DNA of 64,000 nt. Source: Vicugna vicugna. Lineage: Eukaryota. The position numbers and the translations under genes were made by a program. The DNA lies in contig MU058287.1 in the NCBI GenBank assembly GCA_013265495.1, forward strand, positions 558,001-622,000, given 5' to 3'. The notes under the pieces were generated by a model. That model was not told the DNA's origin. It did no database searches and saw nothing but the letters and a program-made list of their open reading frames with translations. Shown here one piece after another: positions 25,781-39,000 of the stretch; within the stretch, counting starts at the first letter, position 1, and each line of letters opens with the position of its first letter.

Positions 25781-28542
25781 ACACAAATTATAAACAAATA
25801 TGGTTAATACTAACTGCATACTCGCAGAATTTAATCTTTCTTTGATTTAGGAAGCATTTCACAATCTTGAGTCATCTTCAGAATGAGTTGCTGGCTCTAT
25901 ATTGGAAAGATAACGGATTTAGCAATTAATACAGTTCAGAGCCATCCCTGTTCATCCTTAACGCTTGGTCGAACAAACCTCTGACGTAGCACTCACTACT
26001 ATGATCATTTCCCTGTAAGCCACAACACCTGCCCTCCACCGTATATAAACTATGAACTCCTCCAGGGGGTGGTGTGTACCTCGCTTACTCTCGTGTCCCA
26101 TGGGCTAGAGGTGCTGGGCCCATGGGATTTCCTCAGTTAATTCTAGCTAAATGACTGGGCGATTATTAATAGGATGACATATAAAAGGAAATTTACAGTC
26201 ACTGACAGACTTGATGTCATCTTGTGTGGCGTCCACAGACTATTACCAAACTCATACATTTATTCCTAGGTGGATTTTTTTTCATTTACGCTTCAAGCTG
26301 CTATAATTAAAGAAATCATGTAAATGCTATTCTTTTGTTTATCACACGTGAACTGAGTGTCCTCTGTGTGTCAGACATTTTGTTAGGCTCTAGGGATGGA
26401 TATAATGGTTAATAAAGCAATGATACGGACCTTACTTTAAGCAATCACTTTCTGTAAATTGGGCAGTAATTATTAAAGATGTCTTTAAGGAATGTTCTTG
26501 ATAGATTGCAGTTAGTAAATTAAAGATTATTAATTTTATAGCAGTTGTCAGAATTTTAAATACTGTGGATGAGTAATTCATTTTTCCTGTAAAACAAAAA
26601 GCAGCCAATTACACACTTTCTTTTTCCTGGGGTGGGGGGAAGTTTCTGGAAAAGGAAATTCCAGCACCACCCCTTGAGGTCTTTATTTTCCAGAGTAAAT
26701 CTTCCAGCCATGCAGCTCAGTCACTAAGTAAGCACACGTGTAAAAGACCACGCCCTCCGCAGAGCCTCACGCAGGGTAAAACAGGGGCAAGGCATCTTGT
26801 TAATCCTTTTAGCTCGAGTAAGCAGTAGAAGAAAGACTCAGGAAATAAATCACATAAAAATATGAGAACAATAGGAAAGAAAAGCCTGTCTTACAGGTTT
26901 GTTTCCTGTTCTAATACTTGTGGAATGTGGTTTATTTTTTTCTCCGACTGATGCTGAATATAACTAGAATATCTAAAGTTGTAAATCTTTTCTTAACCAA
27001 AGTTCTCCTTTGTGCATATTAACAAGTTAAAGCTAAACTCTCTCAGAATTGTCCAAATGAAAGGCATAGGAAGCATTTGGTGGCAATTCCTATACAGTAA
27101 CATTTTAAAAAGCAAACAGTATTTATATATACAAAGTTTCACCTGAAATTGTAAGATTCTATTTGCTTTTTAGTAGTTGTATGTTTCTAAGTAAGCTGAC
27201 TTTCACAAAATATAGCCAAGTTTTGGAGTGATAGTAAGTTTTAAAAAACTGGCAGTCTAGTGAAAAAAAAAACTACCTTGATACTTAAAAAATTTTGCAC
27301 AGCAGTTATTAGTTTCTGAGTTATATATTCTTTTACCAGATTATTAGAACCTCTTGTGTTAAAATAGCCTTCTAATTTAAAAAAATTGCCCTCTAGCACC
27401 TCCATCAGAGAAAGGAAGAAAAGACAGTTTTCTGCTTTTTAATGAATCTGATAATAAGTAGAAAGAAAATAAATGGCTAAAACAACACTTCTGGATATCT
27501 GTGAATTTGTGTTTCTTCTGACCATTGTATCTAGAAAACAAACTAATACATTTTTTAAAAATCCTATTTGGAAAGTTACTAAGTCTTAATTACTAAGTTT
27601 CATTTCCTTCACACTAGGAGAGGGTTTTCTAAGACCATAATTCCCATTACTCAGGCATATGTCAGTAATTCACTAGATCTTCATGGCCAAGTTCAGGAAT
27701 AAGGGTGCCAATTAAGAGAATCTTCATCTACTTGTACATGGCCACCAGCAGCCACTGTTGCTAAGGGCCACCACTGCTCTGATCCACCATCTCATCTCCT
27801 GGAACTCTGCCTAACCCTTCTTCCCCGTCCCCCATCCCAATGGCTGGTGTGTCCAAATGGGGTCCTAGTAGAGCCAGCAGAATATAGGAAAGCAGACATC
27901 CAGGCTGAGTATTCATAAGATCTGTGCTTTGAGGGAGGAAGATCTCACTCTTTCTCCTACTCCAAGCTTAGATTTGGCCACTAGAAAAGCCTGTCGGTGA
28001 CCTAAGTGACAGGATTTGGTAATGGTAAGTGTACTAATTGTAAACAGTCTTCTCTAGCCACCACATTGTATGTCTCCTAACCTAGTAGGAATGGACCTTC
28101 CCACAAATTGCTGAAGTTTAGGTTTATGTCTGCTTTTAACTTTTATCTAATAGATCTAGTGATTTCCGCCCATGAAAAGTGCAACTGTCACTTTGGGTAC
28201 CCAGATGGATGAACTTAATAACTTCTACACTGGACAAGCCAGTGCAATCTGTGTTATAGGGCAGATGCTTGAAACTCGCAGTGAGTACAACCTCTTCTTC
28301 AAAAGGCAAACCTGTTTCAGGGAGGGGAAGTTCTATCTAAGGAATCCACTCAGTTTAATTTCTTTTGGAAGTAAGGGAATAAATCACAGAAGGTCTTTCC
28401 AGGGTTGAAAAATATTTAGACTGTATAGTGGAAAAAATCAGTAGATGCTGTCAGTCTGTATTTTATGAAGGTTTAACATAAACGAATGCTCACATTCTGT
28501 CATGGTATGATATGAGTCGGACAGCATGTTGTAAAAGATAGA

Positions 28543-28761
28543 AGTGGTGTTATGCTGGAGGCAGCTCATACAGGCCAGTTGTTAAATTTCCAGAACTTTG
28601 GCACACCAGTTGACATAAATTTTGCAAGCCAGTTGACCACTTGTTGAATCGGTCATTGTAGGAGTATTTACATCACAGAAACCAGCAAACACAAATCACA
28701 CACCAGTCTTGTCCCGCACCCCCAGACCAAACCGGTTGTTGAGAATGTACCAGGATAACTG
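28543..28761 (+). mobile_element. hAT-Blackjack DNA element, MER63A-like
   Basis: agtggtgttatgctggaggcagctc...ttgttaaatttccag...gagtatttacatcacagaaaccagcaaac...ccggttgttgagaatgtaccaggataactg. Confidence 0.75.
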
Positions 28762-28838
28762 GGTAAGAGATTGGTTTAGAAATACAGACCAGAGAGCAGG
28801 GTCAATGGGATAAATGCTGAAGAATTATAAATGAATCG

Positions 28839-29350
28839 TTTCCTCAGAGTTAGATGTTGGCATTAATCCTTAGCATTTGTATAAATTCCCTGGAAAGAGG
28901 TAACACACAGAGAAATGTACTTTTTTTTTCAGGTGACATTAAATAGTCCCACAGTTAAACTATACACTCGAGGGATTAACAACCAGAGCTGTTAGTAAAA
29001 CTGTGAGTTGGCTGAATAATAGCAGATAAGCTGTAATAAGGCAAGAAAAAGGCAATTTGGGGGGACATTATCTTGGCGTACGCTTGTTAGTTGATACATT
29101 CTAACCTTTGTGTAATAACCTATAAATAGAATGTAGGGATTTCTGTGGACTTTTTGTGTATTCATTAACATAATTTGTTAGCTGTGATAAAAAGGCTGTT
29201 AAAACACCAAGTCCCATTGGAAGCATTGGAAACAGGATAGGCTATCCCACCCTTATAAAGAGACTTTAATGCATACTTCCTGCAGTTTTGGTTGACATGC
29301 TTCAAGGATATTGTAATGGAACTGGAAAAATTTCAGAGGGAAGTGTGTAA
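28839..29350 (+). mobile_element. CR1/L3 LINE reverse-transcriptase fossil
   Basis: Decayed translations FPQS*MLALILSICINSLERG...FSGDIK (from 28839) and AYFLQFWLTCFKDIVMELEKFQRE (29271-29342) echo CR1 RT motifs VPQGSVLGP.LFNIFINDL...FADDTK and EYCVQFWSP...KDI..LE.VQR in the right order. Confidence 0.72.
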
Positions 29351-31069
29351 CCTGATCAGGGGATTATAAGAATCCCAGATGAGGCTAAGATTATATTAAC
29401 TAGCAAATCATGAAAGGTTCTGAGTAAGGTAAATATAGATGGATTTAGCAAATCCTGAAAGACTGGAGCTATAGAGTACCCCTTTGATGTTTGAAATATG
29501 AATTCGCAGAAGAAATAAAAAGAAACACACTGTTGTTTCTCAAGGAAAAGAAGTAATGATAGCAAAAATAACACTGTACGTCAAGGTTTAGCTTTTGTCA
29601 CTTCAAAAAAATTGTATTTACATATTTTGATGTGCAAAATTTACTGTATATCTTCTCTAATCAATGGCCTCCCTTGTCAACTAGGCTCTCAATGCAAAGA
29701 AGAGTGAGAAATTTCCTCCTCTCAATTTAGGTTGAAAGAACACTTAACCTGCTTTTGTTTTTGTTTTGGGGGGTTGTTGTTGTTTTAAGGCAATTTAAAG
29801 GAAGAAACAGAAGAGCCTTTATAATTGTAGAAGAGCCTTTATAACTGTTTACTCTCACTGATGAACCCCCCAGGTAGAATGTGTTCCTAAAACACAACAG
29901 TTTTCCATCTTATAAGGAAATTTAGTTTGGATTAATTTCATTGGCCTAATTAGAACTCACATCTTGGTTAATCCTCCATTTCATTGAAAAAATAGGGTTT
30001 CTTAAGAGTGAATTAGGCAAAAGGAAGTAGATAATTGATCACAATATTCTAGGGAAAATGTTTCCCCACAATAGAGGGTGGGCTATGTGGGTGTGAAAAA
30101 AATAGGGCAACTTATTTAAATGATGAAACAGACAAGCAAACAAACATCTTTCATAAAACAAAGCAAAGCTTTGTGCGATCTTAATAATAAAACCTTTAAA
30201 AAAAGATTTGCATGTTTAAAGTATTAAATCATTTTGATTATTATTTTGTAAAATATATATACTATATAGCTTTTTAAGAGTTTAGAGTTGAATGTCTATC
30301 TAGGATAAGCTAAAAAGTGAAAGCTGTGGCAAGTGACCTAAATATACTGAATTTTTTTTGTTTTTTGCTTCTTAATAAAATATACATTCAGAAAAATGCA
30401 CCATAGTATACAATTCAATGAATTTTCATAAGGTGGACCACATTTATGTAACCATCATCCAGTCTAATACCACATACATCTATATAGATAGATACAGCAT
30501 CTAGGCTTCTCATCCATTGTAAATACCAAGAATATTTATTTGTATTCATATTTTAAAGAAGTTGGAGATTAAGATTTATTTACAGCGGGATTTAATTTAA
30601 CTTTTATGGAATATTAGCTTTTAAAATAAATTACTGGGTTTTGTTTGTTTGTTTTCACCTTTTGTGTATTTTAAACACTTTGCCACCCAATTTCATGGTC
30701 TTCACAATAATTCTTGAAATACAGGAGAGGGGAGCATCCTAGAGTCTGGGTGGTAGAGGACAAAGTGTCTATTTTGTTGATCTCACACACAGATCCATCA
30801 CTCAGATTGATTGCTCAACCTGATTCAGGCCACTAATACTGTTTTTAAAATTCTATTTGTGACAAGAAAGATACTTTTTTTAAACGAAAACAAATGCGCA
30901 CATAACAGACATCTGAGTGCTGCAATACAGCAAACAATATGAGGAAGGAACTAACTTTAAAGAAACACATTTTCTTAAATTAAGTACCGTGACTAAGTAC
31001 TTCAATTCCTTTTCTTCCAGCCCTAAAGGATCGTTTGACAGTGAACCTTTTAAGTTAAACGGGAGTCGC

Positions 31070-31680
31070 CAGAACTCTCTGCTACCCTGGGGCGAGGGTG
31101 GGACGGTGGGGGGGTTACGGGTCTCACAGCCCCCGCGGGCGCGGCTGGACCAGCCCCGGCCTCTCGGCTCCCCACTCCCTCGCCCCTCTCATTCCACCGC
31201 CCCCATCGCCCACTCCCCTCTCTCCTCCCCCGTGACCCTTGACCCCAGCTAATCTGCATAGAGGAATGACAGGCATCCGCTGGGCAGGATCCGCCGCGCC
31301 GGCTGCGGCCGGCGGGACTGGGAGACCCGCGAAGGGGAGAAGGTGAGGGGACCCCGCGGGCAGCTCCGCACAGGCCGGGAAATGAACGCTTGGAAATCCC
31401 TCTGCGAGCGGACCCATGATCCAAGGACCAAAAGAGCCGCGTGATCGCCGGACCTGGCCCTGCGACCCGAGACATGGGCCAGACCTCGGTCTCCACGCTG
31501 TCCCCACAGCCCAGCAGCGGTGAGTCCCGGGCGCACGCGATGCGGTCCCGCCGCGCGGGCACTGGGCTTGCTTGGGGCAGCTGGGACGGTCGAGGGCTCC
31601 TCTGCAAGCCGGGCTCTGCCCGAACCCGCCAAGTCTCGGAGAAACCCGAGAGGTAGCGCTCCCCAAAACTCTTTGTCGTG
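31070..31680 (+). promoter_or_regulatory. PHACTR2: CpG island and promoter of the PHACTR2 first exon
   Basis: Only strongly GC- and CpG-rich block in the window; GC-box-like ccgcccc near 31197; spans the ATG exon and its donor; no obvious TATA box. Confidence 0.9.
31474..31519 (+). CDS. PHACTR2: PHACTR2 first coding exon (MGQTSVSTLSPQPSS plus 1 nt)
   Basis: Strong Kozak gacATGG; peptide matches the recalled N-terminus of a human PHACTR2 isoform (MGQTSVSTLSPQPGS); donor G|gtgagt at 31520; phase 1 joins exon 2 in frame (G+TT=Val). Confidence 0.95.
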
Positions 31681-34014
31681 GAAAAGTGGAATGCCTTTTG
31701 GGATCCAGCCGATTTTACCTTAAAGGCACAGGCTCCATTTTCTGTACGAGATGCCTCGCTTTGGTGTTTATCTGAATCACTTCTGAGCCTGAAATTTATG
31801 AGAAACGCCATTTGCGTATTGCTTTGTTTTTAAAACGCGAAACTTAAAGAGCAAGATAAACGTGCCAACAGGTTTTTCTGTATTTACGCTTGGTTTCCGA
31901 ACAGACTAGAACTGAATTCTTTCAGGCTTGTCAACTGATTTATGGTTTGTTTTTCAGAGTAGAAGTGCTGATTGCCTTCTCTTATCCTGGCAGAACGCTG
32001 AATACTTAATAAGTAACCAAAAAGTGCTTAATTGTTTCAAATGATGCTTGTTTTGTTTACGTTAGACACATAAGCTATACAATCTGGGGAAACATCTCAT
32101 GAACTCAGTTATTGAGGACTAAAGTTAGTTTTATGGAAACGCGCTTAATGTTTGAGTTATATTGCCCTGTTTTAAGTTTCTTTTTTTTTTTTCATTTTCT
32201 TAAAAAAAAAAAGGGGAAGGAAGGTACGTCTGGCACTACTCCAGCAGTGCAGGGATAAACAACTTTTTGGTGGCGCTACTTGTGATTGGATAATGATATA
32301 AATTTTAAAAGTACTGTTTTGATAGTTTTCCGTCAAGAAAAAAAAAAACAAAAAACCTCAAAGGGGGCATTTACGTTATTCCTCGAGATATTTGATAGAG
32401 TTTTCAAACCGGGTAAACATCAACAGGATCTTGCTGAAAGGAAATGACAGGGCACAGATGAAGGATCTTTTTTAATCAGCTCCAGGATGTCTCTAACTAG
32501 ATAGACTTCTGTCATTCCCGCCTCCCTCCCCCGCTTCCCCCCCCCTCGCAGGGGTTTGTTTAGATTGTAGAGCTTCCCTGCAATATCATAAGCTTTGCTC
32601 CGGCTTATGTTAATGCCTCAAGAGAACCAACCCACTGCAAAGGGGAGAAATCAGAATCCAAAAAAGATCCCATCTTTCCTTGCTATTAACGGCAAGGTTG
32701 TACAGTGAGTGCCCCAGAACAGAAGAGACTTCATACTGATGGCTTTTTTGGAAATTATGAGGGGAATGTTGATTAGAATCTTAATTTTAGTAAACTATTT
32801 TGTGCAATTAAAGCATACTTCCTTTTGTCTTACTTTAAAGCAGTGTGACTCCTTTCATTTCAAGAAGAGTTATATTTTTAAATTTCTGCACTGGCAAAGT
32901 GTGGAATTAGATCAATACTCCAGTACAACAGGTATAAAGTACTGCCCAGAATTTAGTTCTTCTGCCACAAAATATTGTTAGGGTTAATATTAGAAAAGTG
33001 AATTTTGCCTTTCCAAAAATCAAGGAATATTATATAAATGATCACTAAGATGCAGAGTAGAATCCTAAAATGTGACCTTCCTTTAATGTGCTGTAGTTCT
33101 TACCCAGGACAGCAAAAAAATACCCAGATTGCTATAATTCCTAGTAAAATGACTAATCATGTCAAAAGTTGGGCAGTTTATTTATACAAAAAGTAATTAA
33201 AACAAAAAGTTATGCTTAACCATAAAAGATGCTTCAGAGAAATATCTCATGGGATGGTGTTATGCTTAAATTGTAGGTCCTCTGTTTAGTTGATTGAAAG
33301 TTTGTATACACTGAAGTGACCAATCCTGACATCATGAGTAGAGGGTTTTGCGGTTTGTTTTGTTGGCTAAGGGATGATAGTTGTTATGGCTGAAGTCTTG
33401 GTATGGTTAAGAGCAGAGGAGTTTTCTCATGATATCCACTTAGGTTCTCTAAATTCTATCACTGTCACTCCTTTTCCCTGAAGTTTTGCCGTTAGATTCC
33501 AAATGAAAATTTAAGAAACAACCAAAACAGAACATTTGGTTGCTGTACCTAAGATTCGTAACCATGATGGTGTTCTCTGAGTCTGAGAACGTCAGACCCT
33601 CTACTCTTCCAAGTATTTCCTTCACTCCTTATTAGCTGTTTGCCACTGGCTTCACAAATGGTGTGAAGATCTTTGTTCTGTGTGACCTCAGGCACCTACC
33701 AGCTGTTTAAATCCAGAGTGGCTGCTACGGATAACTGTGGTGAGAATGATTCCCATCTTAAATGCTTTCATAGGGGAAGATCTGTTTGAGTCTGAGGAAT
33801 CAATAGCACAGAGTTGGGTAGTTTTAGACTTGTTCCTTGATTTGGGCTTTTGTAAAAAGCATCACCAAAGGCCACAAGTTAGTTTGTTTTTCACTCTCTT
33901 GATTTCAGGCCCTTTTGAACCTTTCAGCTTAGGGCTGCATCTGTTTCTCTGGGATCTAAGAAGACCAGTCATAATTATTTCTGAAAATGTGCAGTTTGAC
34001 TCATTATTTCTATT

Positions 34015-36370
34015 TTTTTAAAACAACTTTATTAACATAGTTAACATACTGTAAAATTCACAAATTGACAGTGTACAATTCATTGTTTTTCAGTATATTC
34101 ACAGTGTTCTGCAGCCATCAATCCATTTTTTCCCCCATCCTTCTCAACCTCCACTCCAGGCCTTAATTATCCACTAATCCACTCTGTCTCTGTAGAGTTA
34201 CTTATGCTGAACAATTTGTATCAGTGGAATCATACCACATGTGGCCTTTTGTGACTGACTTCTTTCACTTGGGATGATGTTTTCACAAGTCATCCATGCT
34301 GTACCATGTGTCAGTACTTCGTTTCTTTTTATTGCCAAATAATATTCCATTGTATTAATATATCGCATTTTATTTATCTATCCATCAGTTGATGGACATT
34401 TGGAGTATTTTTACTTCTTGGCTCTATGAATAGTGCTGCAATGAACTTCATATAAAAGTTCTTGGTGGAATCATATGGTGGATCATATGGTAACACTATG
34501 TTATGTTTCAAGGAACTGCAAGTTTTCCAAAGCAGCTGTACCATTTTACATTGCCTCCAGGAATGTATGAAGGTTCCAGTTTCTCTACAACTTCATAAAG
34601 ACTTGTTATTATCTTTTTGATTATGGCCATCTTAAATAAGTGTGATGCTGTATTTAATTGTGGTTTTGATTTGCATTTCCTTACTTACGAGCGACATTGA
34701 GCATCTTTTCATGTGTTTATTGGTCATTTGTATGTCTTCTTTGAGAAATGACCGTTCAAATCCTTTGCCCAGTTTTAATTGGGTAATTTGACTTCCTATT
34801 ATTGAGTTATGAGTTCTTTATATACTGGATGGAAGTCCCTTATCAGATATATGGTTTGAAAATACTCTCTCCCATTCTCAGAGCTGTAATTTCACTTTCT
34901 TGGTACTGTGATTTGCAACTTAAGTTTTTTATTGTGCCCAGTTTATCTGCTTTGTTGTTGCTGTTCTTTGTACTTTTGGTGTCATATATAAGAAACCATT
35001 GCCTAACCAATGTCAATTTACACGTACATTTTCCTCTAAGAGTTTTACAGTTACAGCTCTTACATTTGGGTCTGTGATACACCTTGAGTCAGTATGCACA
35101 GTGTGATATAAGGTTCCAGTTTCATTCTTTTGCACGTGGACATCCAATTGTCCAGGACCGTTTGTTGAAAAGACATTTCTTTCCCTATTGAATTGTCTTG
35201 GCACCCTTGTCAAACATCAAGTGACTATATATGTCAAATTTACTTCTGAACTCTCAATTCTATCATTGATGTGTATGGCTATTAATATGCCACCCTGTCT
35301 AGATGTGTACTAAATTTTGAAACAGAAAAGAGTGAGTCTGCTCACTTTGTTCTTCTTTTCCAAATTCTTATGGTTATTCTGATCCCCTTCAGTTTTCTTA
35401 TGAATTTTATAATCAGCTTGTCAATGCCTGCAAAAAACCACCTGAGCCTTTAATAGGCATTGTGTTTAACTTGTAGATCAATTTGAATAATAATTGTTCT
35501 CTTAACAGTATGAGATATTTCAGCCCATAAAGACAAATATCTTTCCATTTATTTAGATTTTTGATTTTTTCCCACGTTTTGTAGTTTTCAGTGTATGAGT
35601 CTTGTTCTTTCTTTGATAAATATATCATTTATCAATATTTTATCATCTTATGCTATTTTAAATGAAATTGTATGCTTATTTCATTTTCAGAATGTTGCTT
35701 GCTAGTGTACAGATATATGAAAATTGATTTTTATGTATTGATCTTGTACCTTGTAAATCTGCTGAACTCATTTTTTTAGTCCTAACAGTTTTTCAGTGGA
35801 TTCCTTAGTATTTCTATATACAAGGTCATATTATATACAAGATTTATATACAAGGTCATGTGCAAATAGATATTTTAACTTCTTCTTTTCCATCTGAATA
35901 TCTTTTATTTCTTTTCATTGTCTAAATGCCCTCACTTATTATATGGATTAATGTTAAAGAGGCAAAAGTGAACATTCTTGTCTTGTTCCTGATCTAAGGA
36001 GAAAGGCAGTCAGTCTTTCAACATTGTGTGTCATGTTAGCTGTGGGGTTTTCATAGGTGTCTTCTATCAAAAAGTTTCCTTCTATTCTTAGTTTATGAAC
36101 ATCTTAATCATGCAAGTGTTAGATTTTGTCAAAGGCTTTTTTTTTTTCTTTTGGCTTCTACTGAGATGATCTTATGGTTTTTATCCTTCATTCTATTAAC
36201 ATGGCATAGTACATTAAGTGATTTTCAGGTGTTAAACCAACCTTGCATTCCTGGGATAAAGCCTACTTGGCTATGATGTATGTATAATCCTTTTTATATG
36301 ATGTATTTGATGGTATATAATTCTTTTTCTATGTTGCTGGATTTGGTTTCCTAGTATTTTATTGAGGATT
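34015..36370 (-). mobile_element. L1MB-like element, about 2.35 kb (3'UTR plus decayed ORF2)
   Basis: ORF 35413-35628(-) YTENYKTWEKIKNLNKWKDI...LIYKLNTMPIK resembles L1 ORF2; the 3' terminus aactttattaacatagtt...aattcac lies at the left. Confidence 0.9.
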
Positions 36371-36979
36371 AGATTTATTATTTCTAAGCATAGGCTAAAT
36401 AGGTATATCCCCATGGCTATGGCCTCATGCCTTTGAAGTGCTGAGACTTCGAGTGTTCTCATTGCCCAGTACAGGGCATGACAGATTGGATACAAAAATA
36501 GTTTGTTGAGTATATGAATGAATCAACAAATACTCTCAATGCAGCCTGACTTGAAGCCGGTGATTATAGGAATGAGAGTTGTGTATTGTTTTTATTTTTA
36601 TTTTTTTACTTCAAGAATTGCATGTTGCTCTGGCTCTCTCATCTGAAGGGTGTTATCTGAATCAAGTAACTATTTATTCCAGTCTTCAGCTCCACCCCAC
36701 GCCCACTATCCCACAGATTAGCTCTTGGTTGTTTTGCCAGAGCCTTTGAGTTGAAAGGGCAGACAAAGCCACTCTTTTCATTTTTTAGAAGACAAGGGAA
36801 TAAGTTAGTAAAATACGTAGGATCCCACCTAGACTGTGATAGAACGTCTCTATATCTATCTCTATTTCTGGGTTTCCATATTTTTGTCAAGGCCTTATTT
36901 TTGTCCTGCCTGGGTTATTTATCCATTTCCTTGTAAAGTCAGTATTAGAAGAAATCATAAAGGCAAAAATGTATAGTTT

Positions 36980-38100
36980 ATTTTTCTTAATGAAAATAAC
37001 ATGCACATGGTCAAAAGTCAAACTTTACCAAAAGTGAATTTTGTTATTTTATTTTATTCTCTCCCAGACCCCCAGTTCTTTTTTAATTATAATGCAGCAT
37101 GAACAACTTTTTTTCATTTGAGACCATTTTTATTCATGTATAATCTTTCTCAAAGTATAAGCAAGACATTATGCTTACTGCTCTAGAGTTTGAGTTTTTC
37201 ATGTAATGTAACTTGAAAATATTTCTATATTGATGTTTTTAATCTATAAACAATATTATAATATGTGGATATATCATAATTTCCTTTAAAAGAACTCTAT
37301 TGTGTTTTTACATTTTATGTTTGTATTTTTATATTGTTCTGGAGTTCTTTTGTGTGTGTGCTGTTATGAACAAAGCTGAAATGAACATCCTTATCTAAAT
37401 ATCTCGCACTATGTGTACCAGTAAAATCCTTGCGATGAAATTGCTGGGTCAAAAGATTTGTAGTGTTTGAATAGACTTTGCTGAAGTGCTCTCTAAGAGC
37501 TGTGTCAGTAGATCTGCTCACTAGATGAGATTTCCTCTTTCTGCACTCTCTGACCAACACTGCATATCAGGGTCTCTCTTAAAGCATATGGCCCTTTTTG
37601 AGAAATAGAAGTCACTCCCTCTGGGTGAGGCAGCCCTGCAGGCATATGGTTTAACAAGTGGTACATTAGCAGGAATTCAGCCCCAGCTCACTCCCTTGTC
37701 TAGTTGTCCTTGTGCAGTGAACACTCTGCACAACTCTATAGGACCACAAAGTTGTGTATAATTAACTTTTAACATTCCTGGTAAATCTATATGTTAAAAA
37801 GTAGTATCTCATTTTGATTATAAGTGAAATAGGGCATTTGTATTTCTTTTTCTCAGAATTGCCTATCTATAGCTTTTCCTTATTTTATGTTTTCTTTTCT
37901 CAAAGATTTGTATGTTAAGATTAGCCTTATGTCTGTTATATATTGTGAACATTTTTTGTGTTTTTAATACTCTTATGTTTTTTTTAATATAAAAACTAAA
38001 CTTTCATGGAGTCAAATCTATCCTTTTCTTTCTTACAAACTGAAATTATCAAGAAACACGTTTTCCTTTCCTATTTTTCTCATATTTGAATATTTAATCT
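36980..38100 (-). mobile_element. Decayed L1ME-like fragments, interrupted at about 37568-37750 by a probable hAT (MER91-like) element
   Basis: aaagctgaaatgaacatcctt...gaaattgctgggtcaaaag (L1); the insert starts caggg and contains tgtgcagtgaacactctgcacaac. Confidence 0.55.
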
Positions 38101-38139
38101 CTGTAATTTATTATAAAGTGAGTGATTTAATGATATCAA

Positions 38140-39000
38140 GTCCTTAAAGTTCTGCATGGCAAAAAACCCATCATCAGCAAATCGGAAAAGGAAAACATGA
38201 AGTTGACAAAATATTTGTATTGTATATAGAAAACAATGACTAATAGCTTAATGTTGTAAGACTTCTTAAAAATCAGTAAGAAAAAGAAATCAATAATAAA
38301 AGATTCAAATAGAAAAATGAGTAAAGAACATGAATAGGAATTTTTCAAAATAGCCAGTGGCTATAACTGTGAACTCACTATGGGTCAGGAATTATTCTGA
38401 GTGCTTTGCTTGAATTAACTTTTTAATCCTCACAGCATCCATAGAGAGTCACTACTATTAATATCCCCATTTTGCAGATGAGGAAAACTGAAGCATGAGA
38501 GTTAAGTTCACTTGCCCACGTTACTTAACCGAAGAAGAAATGCGAAGTAACTATTTGATGTAATGAATAAAGTATAAGCAATTCAATAAAAAAGAAAATG
38601 GGTGCCATTCATCACCTATGAACTTAGTAAAGATTAAAAGGAATGATTTCCAGGAGGTGATTGTCTTGTGGTAGTTTGAATTGGTACAGCCTATCAGAGA
38701 GCAGCTTAGTAATATATATTAAAAATACTAAAATGTGCATATACTTTTACAAACATTGTAAAGATAGTAAATATTTGTTCACTGGAGCAATGTTTATCAA
38801 AGACAAAGATTAAGAATAACCTAAAATAGTCAGATGGAAAGATATTTGTTGAATTAATTGAGATATAGTTAGATAATAGAATAAGCCATTTAAACATGAT
38901 GTAAAACTATATTTGAAAAGTGACTTTCATAATAAACAAAAACGTGAAAAGGCAGTTTTTAAAGTTATACGATTCTATTTTTTAAAATATATACAAAAAG
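38140..39000 (+). mobile_element. Decayed L1ME-like fragments with a MIR (-) inserted at about 38375-38530
   Basis: ttctgcatggcaaaaaacccatcatcagcaaa...; ttggtacagcc...gagagcagcttagtaatat; MIR core tttaatcctcacagc...ccccattttgcagatgaggaaaactgaagc. Confidence 0.65.

Noticed and set aside
31050..31811. 253-aa minus-strand ORF and other overlapping ORFs across the CpG island
   Set aside because: Stop-poor GC-rich DNA gives long frames on both strands; the peptides are low-complexity Arg/Pro/Gly/Ala with no recognisable domain, and the real coding frame is the 46-nt + strand exon.
35812..35860. Short tandem duplications (tatatacaagg x3) inside L1
   Set aside because: Local slippage within a dead L1; no spacer structure, nothing CRISPR-like.
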